In this document: positions 17,880 to 27,592 of the stretch, piece by piece
How positions within the stretch are numbered: the first letter of the stretch is position 1
Layout: each line of letters starts with the position of its first letter
Virus record (IMG/VR): IMGVR_UViG_3300003323_000666
Span: 7,766 to 71,765 of that record
Length of the DNA: 64,000 bases
Direction: 5' to 3' (one strand)
Origin: a virus
Translations under genes and position numbers: made by a program
Notes under the pieces: model-generated
Database searches by the model: none
What the model saw: the letters and a program-made list of their open reading frames with translations, nothing else
What the model was told of the DNA's origin: nothing

Positions 17880-19343
17880 ATGTCAATTCAACGTCCAAGG
17901 CTTTTATCGGGAACAGGTAATGTTATTTTTAATACCAGACAAGGATATAGAGCCTCAATGAATATTACGGGAGATGTGAATCTGTCTTTATTTGGTTTTG
18001 AAAATGGAGATGCTGTGTATATTTCGGTCATACAAGATTCCGCGGGCGGACATAAATTAACGATTATGCCTCCGAACGGTTTTGTGAATAAAGAAAGCGG
18101 ACCGGGGATTGATACGGCTCCAAGTGCAACTACAGATATTTATATACACAACGTAAAGGGGGTATATAATATTGTATATATACAACTAAATGGCAGCGGC
18201 ATGGTCTCTCCACAGCAAGTAGGGATGAGTTTTGATAAGAATAACTTTACCGACTTAAGCGATTTTGCCATAAACACATTAGGGGCTACTGTGTCTGGTG
18301 GTAAAATTTCAGTGCCTAATGCTGGAGTTACTGATTTTACGAAAGCACTATCTTTGTCTGCGTATTCTTGCATTAACCATTGGAAAATGGAGATAGAGTT
18401 TCAACTAACTCAGACTATATCTGCCTCAACTACTGGGATCTCTATCGGATTGCAGGGCACAAATGCGGACTCATTAAATTCTATTGCCGTATATTTTAGT
18501 TGTTCTACAACAAATACAGGCCGAATGGAGTTTTTTAATCAGCCGAATGGCGGAGCTTTTTATTCTGTCGGCGCGGCTGGATCCAATCTTTCTTTTGTGG
18601 CTAACGATATTATACGTTTGTCGATCGAAAGATTGAATCAAAATGTATACATGAGAGCAGAAAATTTAACCAATCCGGTCGCCATGGTTTATTATGCTAC
18701 GACGATGCCATATAATACTAATCCAATACCCCCCAGTACGGGCAGATATACCATATATGGACAAGGAGGGACATTTTTAGTAAGGAAGGTTACAGTTTGG
18801 AATAAAGAATTGAAATATCCCAATATAATGTTTGTGGGAGATTCTAAAACCATGGGATTTGGTGCCAGTTCTTTTTATACCACTTATCCTGGACAATTAG
18901 GAAGACGATTTTCAAATGTCGCCATAGGGGCAGGATTTGGAGATAAAACACAAGAGTTAATCAATAGACTTCCTGAGATTTTATCTATAAAACCCAAACA
19001 GGTTATCTTATCAATTGGATCAAATGATGCTAGATTTGGCATATCTAACACTACTTTCCAGAATAATTATAGCAACATAGTATCTCAATTGATAAATGTC
19101 GGCATAGATGTGATCCACCTATCTCCATCATATGAACCCGGACTGGACCTTACGGCCCAATTAAATTTTATTACGGCCAACTTTCAGAAAGTGGTAAATT
19201 GTTTTTATACTATTAGGCAGTCGGGCGCTCTTTATTCTGATAATATTCATTGGTCAGATGTTGGAAATAGAGAAGTATCTAGGCTATTACTGGATTCTGG
19301 ATTGTTAACAGGAGCAAAAACAGATCAGGAATATAACCCATAA
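17880..19343 (+). CDS. Decoration-like domain + beta-sandwich + SGNH/GDSL hydrolase
   Basis: FVGDSKT (block I), IGSND (block III), DNIHW (block V); start moved to MSIQRPR, downstream of the terminator. Confidence 0.8.
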   Translation: MSIQRPRLLSGTGNVIFNTRQGYRASMNITGDVNLSLFGFENGDAVYISVIQDSAGGHKLTIMPPNGFVNKESGPGIDTAPSATTDIYIHNVKGVYNIVYIQLNGSGMVSPQQVGMSFDKNNFTDLSDFAINTLGATVSGGKISVPNAGVTDFTKALSLSAYSCINHWKMEIEFQLTQTISASTTGISIGLQGTNADSLNSIAVYFSCSTTNTGRMEFFNQPNGGAFYSVGAAGSNLSFVANDIIRLSIERLNQNVYMRAENLTNPVAMVYYATTMPYNTNPIPPSTGRYTIYGQGGTFLVRKVTVWNKELKYPNIMFVGDSKTMGFGASSFYTTYPGQLGRRFSNVAIGAGFGDKTQELINRLPEILSIKPKQVILSIGSNDARFGISNTTFQNNYSNIVSQLINVGIDVIHLSPSYEPGLDLTAQLNFITANFQKVVNCFYTIRQSGALYSDNIHWSDVGNREVSRLLLDSGLLTGAKTDQEYNP

Positions 19344-19382
19344 ATTAGTCACTATACTTTTTGTATAGTCATTTTTCTTTCA

Positions 19383-19390
19383 TAAATTTG
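19383..19390 (+). promoter_or_regulatory. -7 promoter element
   Basis: TTCATAAATTTG. Confidence 0.7.
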
Positions 19391-19407
19391 TTTAAACAAA
19401 TATATTT

Positions 19408-20313
19408 ATGGCAGAAAGAGGACGACCATCAACTAAAAATATTGATCCATTAGAGGTATTGAGTGATTCAGGTGAAATAGCGCCTCAGTTCAACACAAAG
19501 AAACAGGAGGAAGAAAAAGAACCGGAATACTACACTTTTGAGATGGTAGGTGATTTCCCGAAAGATCCAGAAAACGGGACCACACGTTATCCTGGGTGGA
19601 CCATGAACAATCAGAAAATGGTGTTTGATCCAGAAACAGGAAAAACCAGAATGGCTCGACTGCTATATGGGGTAGATACAATCTGGATGGATGAGCAGGA
19701 GAAGATACCAGAAAAATACGCCTCAAGAAATAAAATTCAGTTGTCTTTTAATAATGGGCAACTAAAAATACCCTCCTATCAAAAGAACATTCTTACGTTT
19801 TTGCGGCTGAGATCTGATAATGAGGATTGTAAGACGCCGGCAGAAAACATAATGCCTCGGTATAGAGAACTTAATATGGCTAAGAAGGAAGAATTGAGCT
19901 TCCAGGAGCTTAAAAAGAAGCGCCAAGCATCTAACCTTGCCTTTGAGGCTGACGAAGAAGAGATGATGGCCCATGCGAAATACTTAGGAGTGGTTATGAT
20001 AAATTCTCAGGGAGAACAAATGATTCCAGGTGCTATCAGAAAGGCTTATGTGGAAAAGGCGGAGCAAAATCCGAAGTTGTTCTTAGACACATACAAAAAT
20101 CCAAAAGTAAAAATGTTTGGACTGGCCAAGTCTGCGATGGAAAAGGATAAAGTAATATTCATTGATGGGCAATTCATTTGGAATAATGACGCCAAGACGG
20201 TTTTCTTACAAGTGCCACAATCTTATAAGGATAAGCCGGCAGATTATCTGGCGGAATATATGCTAACAAAGGATGGCATTGAAATAAGAAACCGGCTGGA
20301 AGGAATGAGCTAA
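19408..20313 (+). CDS. Conserved head-module protein of unknown function
   Basis: 301-aa ORF with own promoter and terminator. Confidence 0.7.
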   Translation: MAERGRPSTKNIDPLEVLSDSGEIAPQFNTKKQEEEKEPEYYTFEMVGDFPKDPENGTTRYPGWTMNNQKMVFDPETGKTRMARLLYGVDTIWMDEQEKIPEKYASRNKIQLSFNNGQLKIPSYQKNILTFLRLRSDNEDCKTPAENIMPRYRELNMAKKEELSFQELKKKRQASNLAFEADEEEMMAHAKYLGVVMINSQGEQMIPGAIRKAYVEKAEQNPKLFLDTYKNPKVKMFGLAKSAMEKDKVIFIDGQFIWNNDAKTVFLQVPQSYKDKPADYLAEYMLTKDGIEIRNRLEGMS

Positions 20314-20353
20314 GCAATTTTTCATTAACATATAATAACTTTACGGAAAAAAC

Positions 20354-20379
20354 AAGCCTCCTGTTTAGGAGGCTTTTCT
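20354..20379. terminator. Bidirectional terminator between convergent genes
   Basis: AAGCCTCCT-GTTT-AGGAGGCTT with A-rich and T-rich flanks. Confidence 0.8.
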
Positions 20380-21153
20380 TTATAATTGATATTCAAGTCC
20401 AGTTACAATCGCCCCCGCAAAATCTCGTTCAAAATTCACTCTGATAACCGTACGATATTCATTATCCCATTTATAAGCCAGTTCAATGTCGGACAACTTT
20501 TTAACAACGATAATATCCCCCTCCTTAATACAGTCCATACGAATTACATCTCCAATCAACCTTCCCTCTCTCTGCGATTCAGTCACAAAATATCGCTCTG
20601 GGAAGGCAGGCATTTTATCTACACGAACATAACAGAGATATTTTTCTTTTTTCTCCATGGCTAGTCTCACATTAGCAAAGTCATCCGTACTGGACGATAT
20701 TTTACCTCTAAAAGAGTCCATAAAGGCGCGATCTTCTTCTGTAAATTGCCCTGGTAAATACAATCTGGAACATACCATATTGCTGCCCAACGGGAATAAT
20801 TCTCCCTCTTCTATTTTGAACCAGCACATGCTATATGGTACGCAAAACGCCTGCTCATTATCATTTATCTCAATTCCCATTTTTTTTAGCTGTACTGTAT
20901 CCATCTCCAAGGCATCATTCCTATATGCCTGATATGAGGTTAATAGATAATCTCCAGCTTTTATTTCCCCGGAGTCGCTTAATGCACGCCCTAATGTCGC
21001 CCCGTCCCAGCCATTAAATGACCATTCTGGAAATCCAACAAATAGTTGTGCGTAGGTGCCATCATTTTTACGGATGTTTTTTGTTGTTTTTTGGTCTTTA
21101 AACACAGAAATGATAACGCGTTTTTGACCTAGGTGATCGTTTGTAGCTCTCAT
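20380..21153 (-). CDS. GroES-like (two-domain) co-chaperonin candidate
   Basis: Two IKxGD motifs (IKAGDYLL, IKEGDIIV) and an FPLGS..V segment; start at MRATND is coupled (ATGA) to the upstream small ORF. Confidence 0.5.
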   Translation of the reverse strand: MRATNDHLGQKRVIISVFKDQKTTKNIRKNDGTYAQLFVGFPEWSFNGWDGATLGRALSDSGEIKAGDYLLTSYQAYRNDALEMDTVQLKKMGIEINDNEQAFCVPYSMCWFKIEEGELFPLGSNMVCSRLYLPGQFTEEDRAFMDSFRGKISSSTDDFANVRLAMEKKEKYLCYVRVDKMPAFPERYFVTESQREGRLIGDVIRMDCIKEGDIIVVKKLSDIELAYKWDNEYRTVIRVNFERDFAGAIVTGLEYQL

Positions 21154-21311
21154 GTTCCTGAAAATATTAAAATCATAGAAATTATTAACATTAAACTGTA
21201 TAAAATGGCAAGAAATATACTTCCTGAGATTAATGACCAGATAAGTAGAAATAAAGTTGCTACTGATGATAGCCTGATTAGCCATTCATAATCTATTCGA
21301 TATTTTTTCAT
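21150..21311 (-). CDS. 53-aa membrane protein, not in ORF track
   Basis: Manual translation MKKYRIDYEWLIRLSSVATLFLLIWSLISGSIFLAILYSLMLIISMILIFSGT; stop overlaps next ATG. Confidence 0.6.
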   Translation of the reverse strand: MKKYRIDYEWLIRLSSVATLFLLIWSLISGSIFLAILYSLMLIISMILIFSGT

Positions 21312-21358
21312 TTACGTAAACTACTCAATAATTATATATCTATCAAATAGTTTTTTCA

Positions 21359-21366
21359 TAAATTTG
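21359..21366 (+). promoter_or_regulatory. -7 promoter element for tail operon
   Basis: TTCATAAATTTG. Confidence 0.65.
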
Positions 21367-21373
21367 TTGTATC

Positions 21374-22045
21374 ATGGATTTAGGATATATATACGATATG
21401 ATACAATTTATCTCGAATAAACATCAATCGGGATATATCTCTCCAACTGAATTCCAAAACGCAGCAAACCTCGCCCAAAAACAATATCAGGACGAGCTTA
21501 TTGATGTATTAATTGGCTGGGATGCAAGCAATAGAAAGAGAAAGTACCCCATAGGCAATACCCAGCAGGTAATTAAAAAGCTGTCTCCATTTATTGTTCG
21601 ATTACAAAATGAAGCTGTATCGCCCAATGGGCATCTAACAAAACCGGCAGATTTACAGAATTTATTAAGTATCCGCACCGCCAACGATACAAATCGCATA
21701 TGGAGGACGGAAGAAGATCGGGTATTTTCTCATGTCTCATCGGTCATAGACTCTCCCTCAGTTGCTCCTATTTTTACTGAATACGATACATATTATCAAA
21801 TATATCCAGTCGGAATTGGAGCAGTAAATATGTCGTATATAAAAATCGCTCCAGAAGTGGTGTATGCGACAACATTGGACGCAAACGGGAGGCCTATATA
21901 TAATCAAGGTGCTAGTACTCAATTTTTGTGGGAAGATCTTGAAATGACGAATATTATTATTAGAATATTATTTATGTTCGGAATTAGTATTCAGGCAAAT
22001 CAATTGATACAGTATTATGGATCTGTTAAAAATGATGGACAATGA
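21374..22045 (+). CDS. Tail ring / head-tail adaptor protein
   Basis: NKHQSGYISPTEFQ..AN.AQ motif as in crAss-related ring proteins; position. Confidence 0.7.
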   Translation: MDLGYIYDMIQFISNKHQSGYISPTEFQNAANLAQKQYQDELIDVLIGWDASNRKRKYPIGNTQQVIKKLSPFIVRLQNEAVSPNGHLTKPADLQNLLSIRTANDTNRIWRTEEDRVFSHVSSVIDSPSVAPIFTEYDTYYQIYPVGIGAVNMSYIKIAPEVVYATTLDANGRPIYNQGASTQFLWEDLEMTNIIIRILFMFGISIQANQLIQYYGSVKNDGQ

Positions 22046-22683
22046 TCAGTACCAGAGGGAATATATGTGAGCTAATACAGCGTGCGCTAAATGGCGGATT
22101 CGCATCTGATGATACTGAAATAACAATCCCATTAATAAATCTATATCTAAATAGTGCTATTGGGTTTGCTGTTAAATCAAATTATAAAGAAACGATTCAA
22201 CTAGAAGGAACGGAAGGCGTTTCCGATGGCTTCTATGCGATATATACAGGGATCTCGATAACAAAAGATGCTTTGACGGGGCTATACTCAGCCACTCTGC
22301 CCCAGCAACCGGCTGGGGTGGGTGCTGGCTGGGATGTTTCATATTTCATGATCATAACTGGCAGTGGCAAGAAGTTGTTTGCTTATCCGATATCGGCAAG
22401 AGAAATACCATATCTCTATGATAATGGGTCTGATTGCAACGAAATATATTATTGGACTAACAAGAATATAGCTACCCTTCATTCTTGCAACGATATTACA
22501 AAATATAAGGCTCAAGTAAGAATGATATGTACGCAGTCGGATGATATGAGTAGTACAATCACGTTGCCGGATGGATATTTGCCAGTAGTGATAGAGTATA
22601 TGGCAAAGACATTAGGCATTCAAATACAGGTGCCAATAGATGTTTCTTCGGATGGAGTGCCGACTACACAAATAAAAGGTTAA
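22042..22683 (+). CDS. Tail ring protein
   Basis: Synteny and size. Confidence 0.6.
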   Translation: MISTRGNICELIQRALNGGFASDDTEITIPLINLYLNSAIGFAVKSNYKETIQLEGTEGVSDGFYAIYTGISITKDALTGLYSATLPQQPAGVGAGWDVSYFMIITGSGKKLFAYPISAREIPYLYDNGSDCNEIYYWTNKNIATLHSCNDITKYKAQVRMICTQSDDMSSTITLPDGYLPVVIEYMAKTLGIQIQVPIDVSSDGVPTTQIKG

Positions 22684-22684
22684 T

Positions 22685-23443
22685 ATGGCAAATGTCAGTT
22701 TAAAAGAGGTCATATTTGACTATGCGGATGAGGCTGAATTAAATACTGCGACGTATCGTAGATTGCGTCGCATTGCTGTGCGCGGAGTAAAAAAACTACA
22801 GCTATTTGCCACGGGTAAGCCAAAAAGTTGTCGATTATGCGTTGATGCAAATAAGACCGTTCAATTGCCAGAGGATTATTTAATGTGGAGTAAGGTAGGC
22901 GTATTGAATGGGAATGGTGAGGTTGCTACTTTAAAATATAATAGCTCTTTAACGTCTTATGCCGCAAATGATCCAAATCGGCTCAACAAAAATACAGATG
23001 GTCTACGATTCGATGCTGATTATGGTTGGTATCCATATTTGAATTATTGGGGAGACGGGTACTTCGGCTGTAATTTATATGGCATATCGGGCAATGAGGC
23101 GACTAAAATAGGAGATTTTAAGATAGATGACGAATGCGACCTTATCATATTGGATAATTGTTTCCCATATGATTATATAATATTGGAATATCTATCAACA
23201 CCATCCTATGATGAGGACTATAAAATACCGGAGCAGGCAAGGGAAGCTATGATTGCGTGGCTTGCATGGCGGGATATTGCTCAGAAGGCCGCCTCCAGGA
23301 AGGTTAGTGTATATGATAAAACACAAAGGAAGCGGGAATTTTATAATGAACTGAACAACCTTAGATATCTACTGAAGCCATTTCGGATTCAGGATGCTAT
23401 TGATGTTTCACAAGATGCTATAAGATTAGTAGTAAAATCATAA
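22685..23443 (+). CDS. Tail ring / tubular protein
   Basis: LPEDYLMWSKVG and IILEYLS motifs; synteny. Confidence 0.65.
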   Translation: MANVSLKEVIFDYADEAELNTATYRRLRRIAVRGVKKLQLFATGKPKSCRLCVDANKTVQLPEDYLMWSKVGVLNGNGEVATLKYNSSLTSYAANDPNRLNKNTDGLRFDADYGWYPYLNYWGDGYFGCNLYGISGNEATKIGDFKIDDECDLIILDNCFPYDYIILEYLSTPSYDEDYKIPEQAREAMIAWLAWRDIAQKAASRKVSVYDKTQRKREFYNELNNLRYLLKPFRIQDAIDVSQDAIRLVVKS

Positions 23444-26400
23444 TGATAGATTTAAAAACATTCACCCAAGGCGGTCTTAATTATGATACTGAACTGCATT
23501 TATTGCCAAAAACGGACTGGATAGATGCATTGAATATCCGTATTGCGGCATCTGATGAGCAACAAGGGGCTGCTATTACCAACATGGAGGGTAATATAAG
23601 GATTGGTGAGTATAATTATCATGACGGAGAGAACAAGTGCATTGGTGCTTTCTCAGATGAGTTAAGAAACGTTGTATATGCCTTTATTGCCAATATAAAT
23701 AAGTACCATGAAATCATCGAAATAAATATAGAAACAGGAACAATAACCCCGGTGTTCAAAAACATGGTTTGGACTGGCCTTGTAGATGTCCTTCAGTTTG
23801 ATCCTCGTTTCAAAATCCATAGCATAGATATCATTCACCGCGCGGACGATGAAGGGGATTTGCTGTTTTGGACAGAGAACAAAACTAGGCCAAGGAAAAT
23901 AAATATTCTTAGGGCAAAGACATTCGGGCAGCCAACCGGGTATCCATCTCCAATAATATACGATTATACAACTGTAATTAAAAAGCCTCCCAGGCCGGTT
24001 CAAATGGTTTGGGCTGACGATCTTGATAGATCTGTGAACAATGTTAGGGGGAAGCTCTTCCAATTCCAGACCAGATATGTATATACCGATTATGAAAAAT
24101 CGGTGTGGAGTAGCTGGAGCGATTATGATTTACCCTATCTTCCCTTCTATCCCGATCGTGATTCAGATCCAGCAATCAATAATTACATCAATTTGACACT
24201 TACAACGGGAGACGCTGAGGTAGTTAAAATAGAGCTGGCAGTAAGGCAGAATATAGAAAATGTCTGGGGGAAGGCATATTTGATAGAAACATTTAACAAA
24301 GAAGAGCTATCTATCCCAGACAATAGTACATATACATATAAATTTTACAATGACACCTCTGGAGTGTTACAAGATGACACAGAGACTGGTCAATTATTTG
24401 ATTATGTGCCATCTCTGGCGGGAACTCAGGCTTTGGCTAATGGGAACACTCTCGTATACGGAGACATAACTGAAGGTATTAGTTTCGATGATTCATTAGA
24501 AGTCGTAATGGATAGCTATGATTCCGAGTTATATACACTCAATCCAGGTGATAATATATTAGGATACAAGCATTCGTCTAAATATAAATTTGGTCTGGTA
24601 TATTTTGACGAATATAATCGGACTGATGGTGTGCATAATAAGCAGGTGGCATCGGAGCCTAATAGAAAATTTGATGTTGATACAACTCAGTATTTATCAG
24701 ATGCGACTGGCGGCACTGATTCTTATAATATCTTCCTGCCTAAGATAAATGCTGCAATTTTTCATCAACCTCCAGTATGGGCCAAAACTTATAAATGGGT
24801 TAGAACTAAATGCCTATCTGTAAACAAATACCTGTATTATATAGTGATTCCTGTGGCTACACCGGATACGGGAAACATCTATTTATGGTTATCCAATCTA
24901 TCTGACTCGTTTTCTTATGACGGGAACACAGCGCTGTCATATGATTTTACACCGGGGGACAGAGTAAGGTTCGTGAGGCGTATGTCTAAAAATGCAGGTG
25001 GCTTGCCGATGCCGGGTGCAGAAAATCTAAATATTGACCTAGAAATATCATCCTTGATTAAGGATCCGGAAATTGGATCTGAAGATTTTAAGGGTGAATT
25101 CTTGAAGATTCGGAAAACTACGCTTTCCTCTGGATTTTTAGATGTTCCTTATCTTGTTGAAATATACACACCTTCGAATATTGTTGAAACTGATTTCTAC
25201 TATGAATTTGGTAAGGAATATAAAATTATAAATCCAGGAACACCAAGTAGATACCACGAAGGGATGATTCAAAACCAGACGATCAGCCAACCGGCTAAAT
25301 TTACATTTATGACGGATGGAGATGTGCATTATAGGCGGAGAGCCTATATGTCTTCTTTAGTGTACGGTCGCGATGTAAATGACGGATTAGTATGGTTCAT
25401 AGACCTTCCTGTGTCAGATTTTAATTACTCTGATAAATATCTAAGCGGAGTGAATGGAAATGGTAGAGCTTACATTGTGGATGACAATGCTAAGGAACAG
25501 CGCCTACCCACTACTATCAGGTATGGGGGTGCTTACATCCAGGACACCTTCATTAATAAAACAAACAACTTCCAGCCCGCAAATATAATAGACACATGTG
25601 ATAGGTCTTTTGGTGTAATAAAGCGGTTGGTTGTTCGGGATAGGCAATTAAGGGTATTCCAAGAGCTTAAATGTGGATGGATACCGGTAAAACAACAGGT
25701 ATTACAAACCGGAAACAATACTTCCCTGGTATCACAGAGTGATCAATTATTGAATGAAATACAGTATTATTCTGGAGAGTTTGGAATAGGGAATGCACCA
25801 TGTTCGCTGGCTTCAAAAAACTTTGTCGATTATTTTCATGATACAAATCGTGGTGTAATCTGTAGGCTGTCATTAGATGGCCTAACGCCAATATCTATTA
25901 CTTCAAACATGAATAGATGGGCGATTACTAATGATACAAAGTATAAATCGGCATATAATATTCCTATAGGGCAAAGTTCATTCTTTGCAAGCGATTTTCA
26001 GGGTGTGGCACAGATATATGGAGTGTTTGATACGAAGAACAATGAGTATATTTCAGCTTATGAAGAATTAGCTAAATATGACGATGATGGCAATCGTACG
26101 GTGATAAATGAAGCAAAAACATTGATTTGGAACGAGACAGGAAATAGATTCCTTACTCCGGCAAGCTATCATCCGGAGTGGATGACAACTCAAAAAAACG
26201 AGCTTATTACTTTCAAAAATGGGATACCTTATATACACAATCAAAAACAGGATGGGGGAAGGTGTAGGTTTTATGATGTAAATTACCCATGTAGTATTAC
26301 ATTGGTGTTTAATGATGGATTTACGGCAAAGAAAACGTTCATGACAATTGAAGAGGTAGGAAATGTGGTTATGGCTTGTCCTGAAATAGAAACGTCTATT

Positions 26401-26649
26401 TTAAATCCAAATTACAATATAACACCCAGCCAATCTTCCAATTTGGTCGAAGCTGATTTTAGATGGCTAGAGTCTCATTGGCATGCAGCATTCTTAAGAG
26501 ACGAAAATAGCCCTGGAGGTATTATTAATGGAGATACACTAAAAGGTGGCTATATTAAGGTAAGATTGCAGAAAGAATTAGCACAAAACTTAATATCTTT
26601 GAGATCGGTTGCGGTTACTTATATTCCTAGTCAGAAAAATAGTCAATAA
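23443..26649 (+). CDS. Tail nozzle / stabilisation protein (P22 gp10-like)
   Basis: F.QGGLNYD...DALNIR N-terminus; YFHD.NRGVICRLS.DGLTPIS; 1068 aa. Confidence 0.8.
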   Translation: MIDLKTFTQGGLNYDTELHLLPKTDWIDALNIRIAASDEQQGAAITNMEGNIRIGEYNYHDGENKCIGAFSDELRNVVYAFIANINKYHEIIEINIETGTITPVFKNMVWTGLVDVLQFDPRFKIHSIDIIHRADDEGDLLFWTENKTRPRKINILRAKTFGQPTGYPSPIIYDYTTVIKKPPRPVQMVWADDLDRSVNNVRGKLFQFQTRYVYTDYEKSVWSSWSDYDLPYLPFYPDRDSDPAINNYINLTLTTGDAEVVKIELAVRQNIENVWGKAYLIETFNKEELSIPDNSTYTYKFYNDTSGVLQDDTETGQLFDYVPSLAGTQALANGNTLVYGDITEGISFDDSLEVVMDSYDSELYTLNPGDNILGYKHSSKYKFGLVYFDEYNRTDGVHNKQVASEPNRKFDVDTTQYLSDATGGTDSYNIFLPKINAAIFHQPPVWAKTYKWVRTKCLSVNKYLYYIVIPVATPDTGNIYLWLSNLSDSFSYDGNTALSYDFTPGDRVRFVRRMSKNAGGLPMPGAENLNIDLEISSLIKDPEIGSEDFKGEFLKIRKTTLSSGFLDVPYLVEIYTPSNIVETDFYYEFGKEYKIINPGTPSRYHEGMIQNQTISQPAKFTFMTDGDVHYRRRAYMSSLVYGRDVNDGLVWFIDLPVSDFNYSDKYLSGVNGNGRAYIVDDNAKEQRLPTTIRYGGAYIQDTFINKTNNFQPANIIDTCDRSFGVIKRLVVRDRQLRVFQELKCGWIPVKQQVLQTGNNTSLVSQSDQLLNEIQYYSGEFGIGNAPCSLASKNFVDYFHDTNRGVICRLSLDGLTPISITSNMNRWAITNDTKYKSAYNIPIGQSSFFASDFQGVAQIYGVFDTKNNEYISAYEELAKYDDDGNRTVINEAKTLIWNETGNRFLTPASYHPEWMTTQKNELITFKNGIPYIHNQKQDGGRCRFYDVNYPCSITLVFNDGFTAKKTFMTIEEVGNVVMACPEIETSILNPNYNITPSQSSNLVEADFRWLESHWHAAFLRDENSPGGIINGDTLKGGYIKVRLQKELAQNLISLRSVAVTYIPSQKNSQ

Positions 26650-26650
26650 A

Positions 26651-26941
26651 ATGGGGTTTCAGTGTAAGAAATGTGGTGCATGTTGTAAACTGGTAAAAAA
26701 GCTAATTGGCAATACTCCTTTCCCATATTCATTTACTGAAGATGGGACATGCGAGAAGTATGATCCTGTTATTGGCTGTACGGTATATGAAACCCGTCCG
26801 GATGTCTGTAATATAGAAGCGGGATATGAGGTTTATAACCGCATTTTGCCGATGGGGAAAGAAACATATTATGAATTAACTAAGATTAACTGCAACAGGT
26901 GGATGGACCAATTGAATATAGATAAATCTTTTAAATATTAA
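26651..26941 (+). CDS. YkgJ-family cysteine-cluster protein
   Basis: FQCKKCGACC...C...CTVYETRPDVC; start moved to ATG 26651. Confidence 0.85.
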   Translation: MGFQCKKCGACCKLVKKLIGNTPFPYSFTEDGTCEKYDPVIGCTVYETRPDVCNIEAGYEVYNRILPMGKETYYELTKINCNRWMDQLNIDKSFKY

Positions 26942-26944
26942 TAA

Positions 26945-27592
26945 ATGGCATGGTTTGTTCCATTAATTATAGCTGGCGCAAGTGCCGCTTATCAAGCGAT
27001 AAAAGGTGCTAAACAAAAGCGGGAAGCCAGGAAGCTACAGGCAGAAGCAGATAATGAAGAGGCCGCAAATCTTTCATATGCTAGGCGTATGGCTATGACC
27101 GGAATGCCAGACGCTCAGTACCAACAGGCATTACAACAGATAAATAGAAATCAGTCTTTGGCGTTGGCTGGTCTTCGAGATAGGAGGTCGGCCTTGGCCG
27201 GTTTGCCGGCAATCCAACAGGCGACAAATGATTCTTTGTTATCCCTGAATGTTCAAGATGCGAATGCTCGTCGTGAAGCAGAAGTGAGGGCATTGGGCCA
27301 GGCGAACAGGAGAGCTGGTCTATTGGGGGAACGTGCAATGCAAACGAGATTATCTGGTGAAGCGTTGACCGGTGCGGCCTTACAAAATTTGTATAACACA
27401 GGTGTATATGCTGCGGGAAGTATGTATGGCGATTCGGGTTCTAATACAGGTAATTTGTTTGGTAATACTCCGGATGGGTATCTCAATAGAAACATACTTG
27501 GCACGAGTCCCATTTATGGAGGAAGCTCTATTAATGGCATTTCCGCCGGGTTATCAAATAAATTGCCAACGATTAATTATGCCAGACCGTAA
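26945..27592 (+). CDS. Internal virion / ejection protein
   Basis: Hydrophobic G/A N-terminus plus Ala/Gln coiled coil; located after the nozzle. Confidence 0.65.
   Translation: MAWFVPLIIAGASAAYQAIKGAKQKREARKLQAEADNEEAANLSYARRMAMTGMPDAQYQQALQQINRNQSLALAGLRDRRSALAGLPAIQQATNDSLLSLNVQDANARREAEVRALGQANRRAGLLGERAMQTRLSGEALTGAALQNLYNTGVYAAGSMYGDSGSNTGNLFGNTPDGYLNRNILGTSPIYGGSSINGISAGLSNKLPTINYARP

Noticed and set aside
27372-27578. ORF-track N-terminal extension of the zincin cargo protein
   Set aside because: It overlaps the upstream gene by more than 200 nt with a GTG start; ATG 27579 fits normal coupling.
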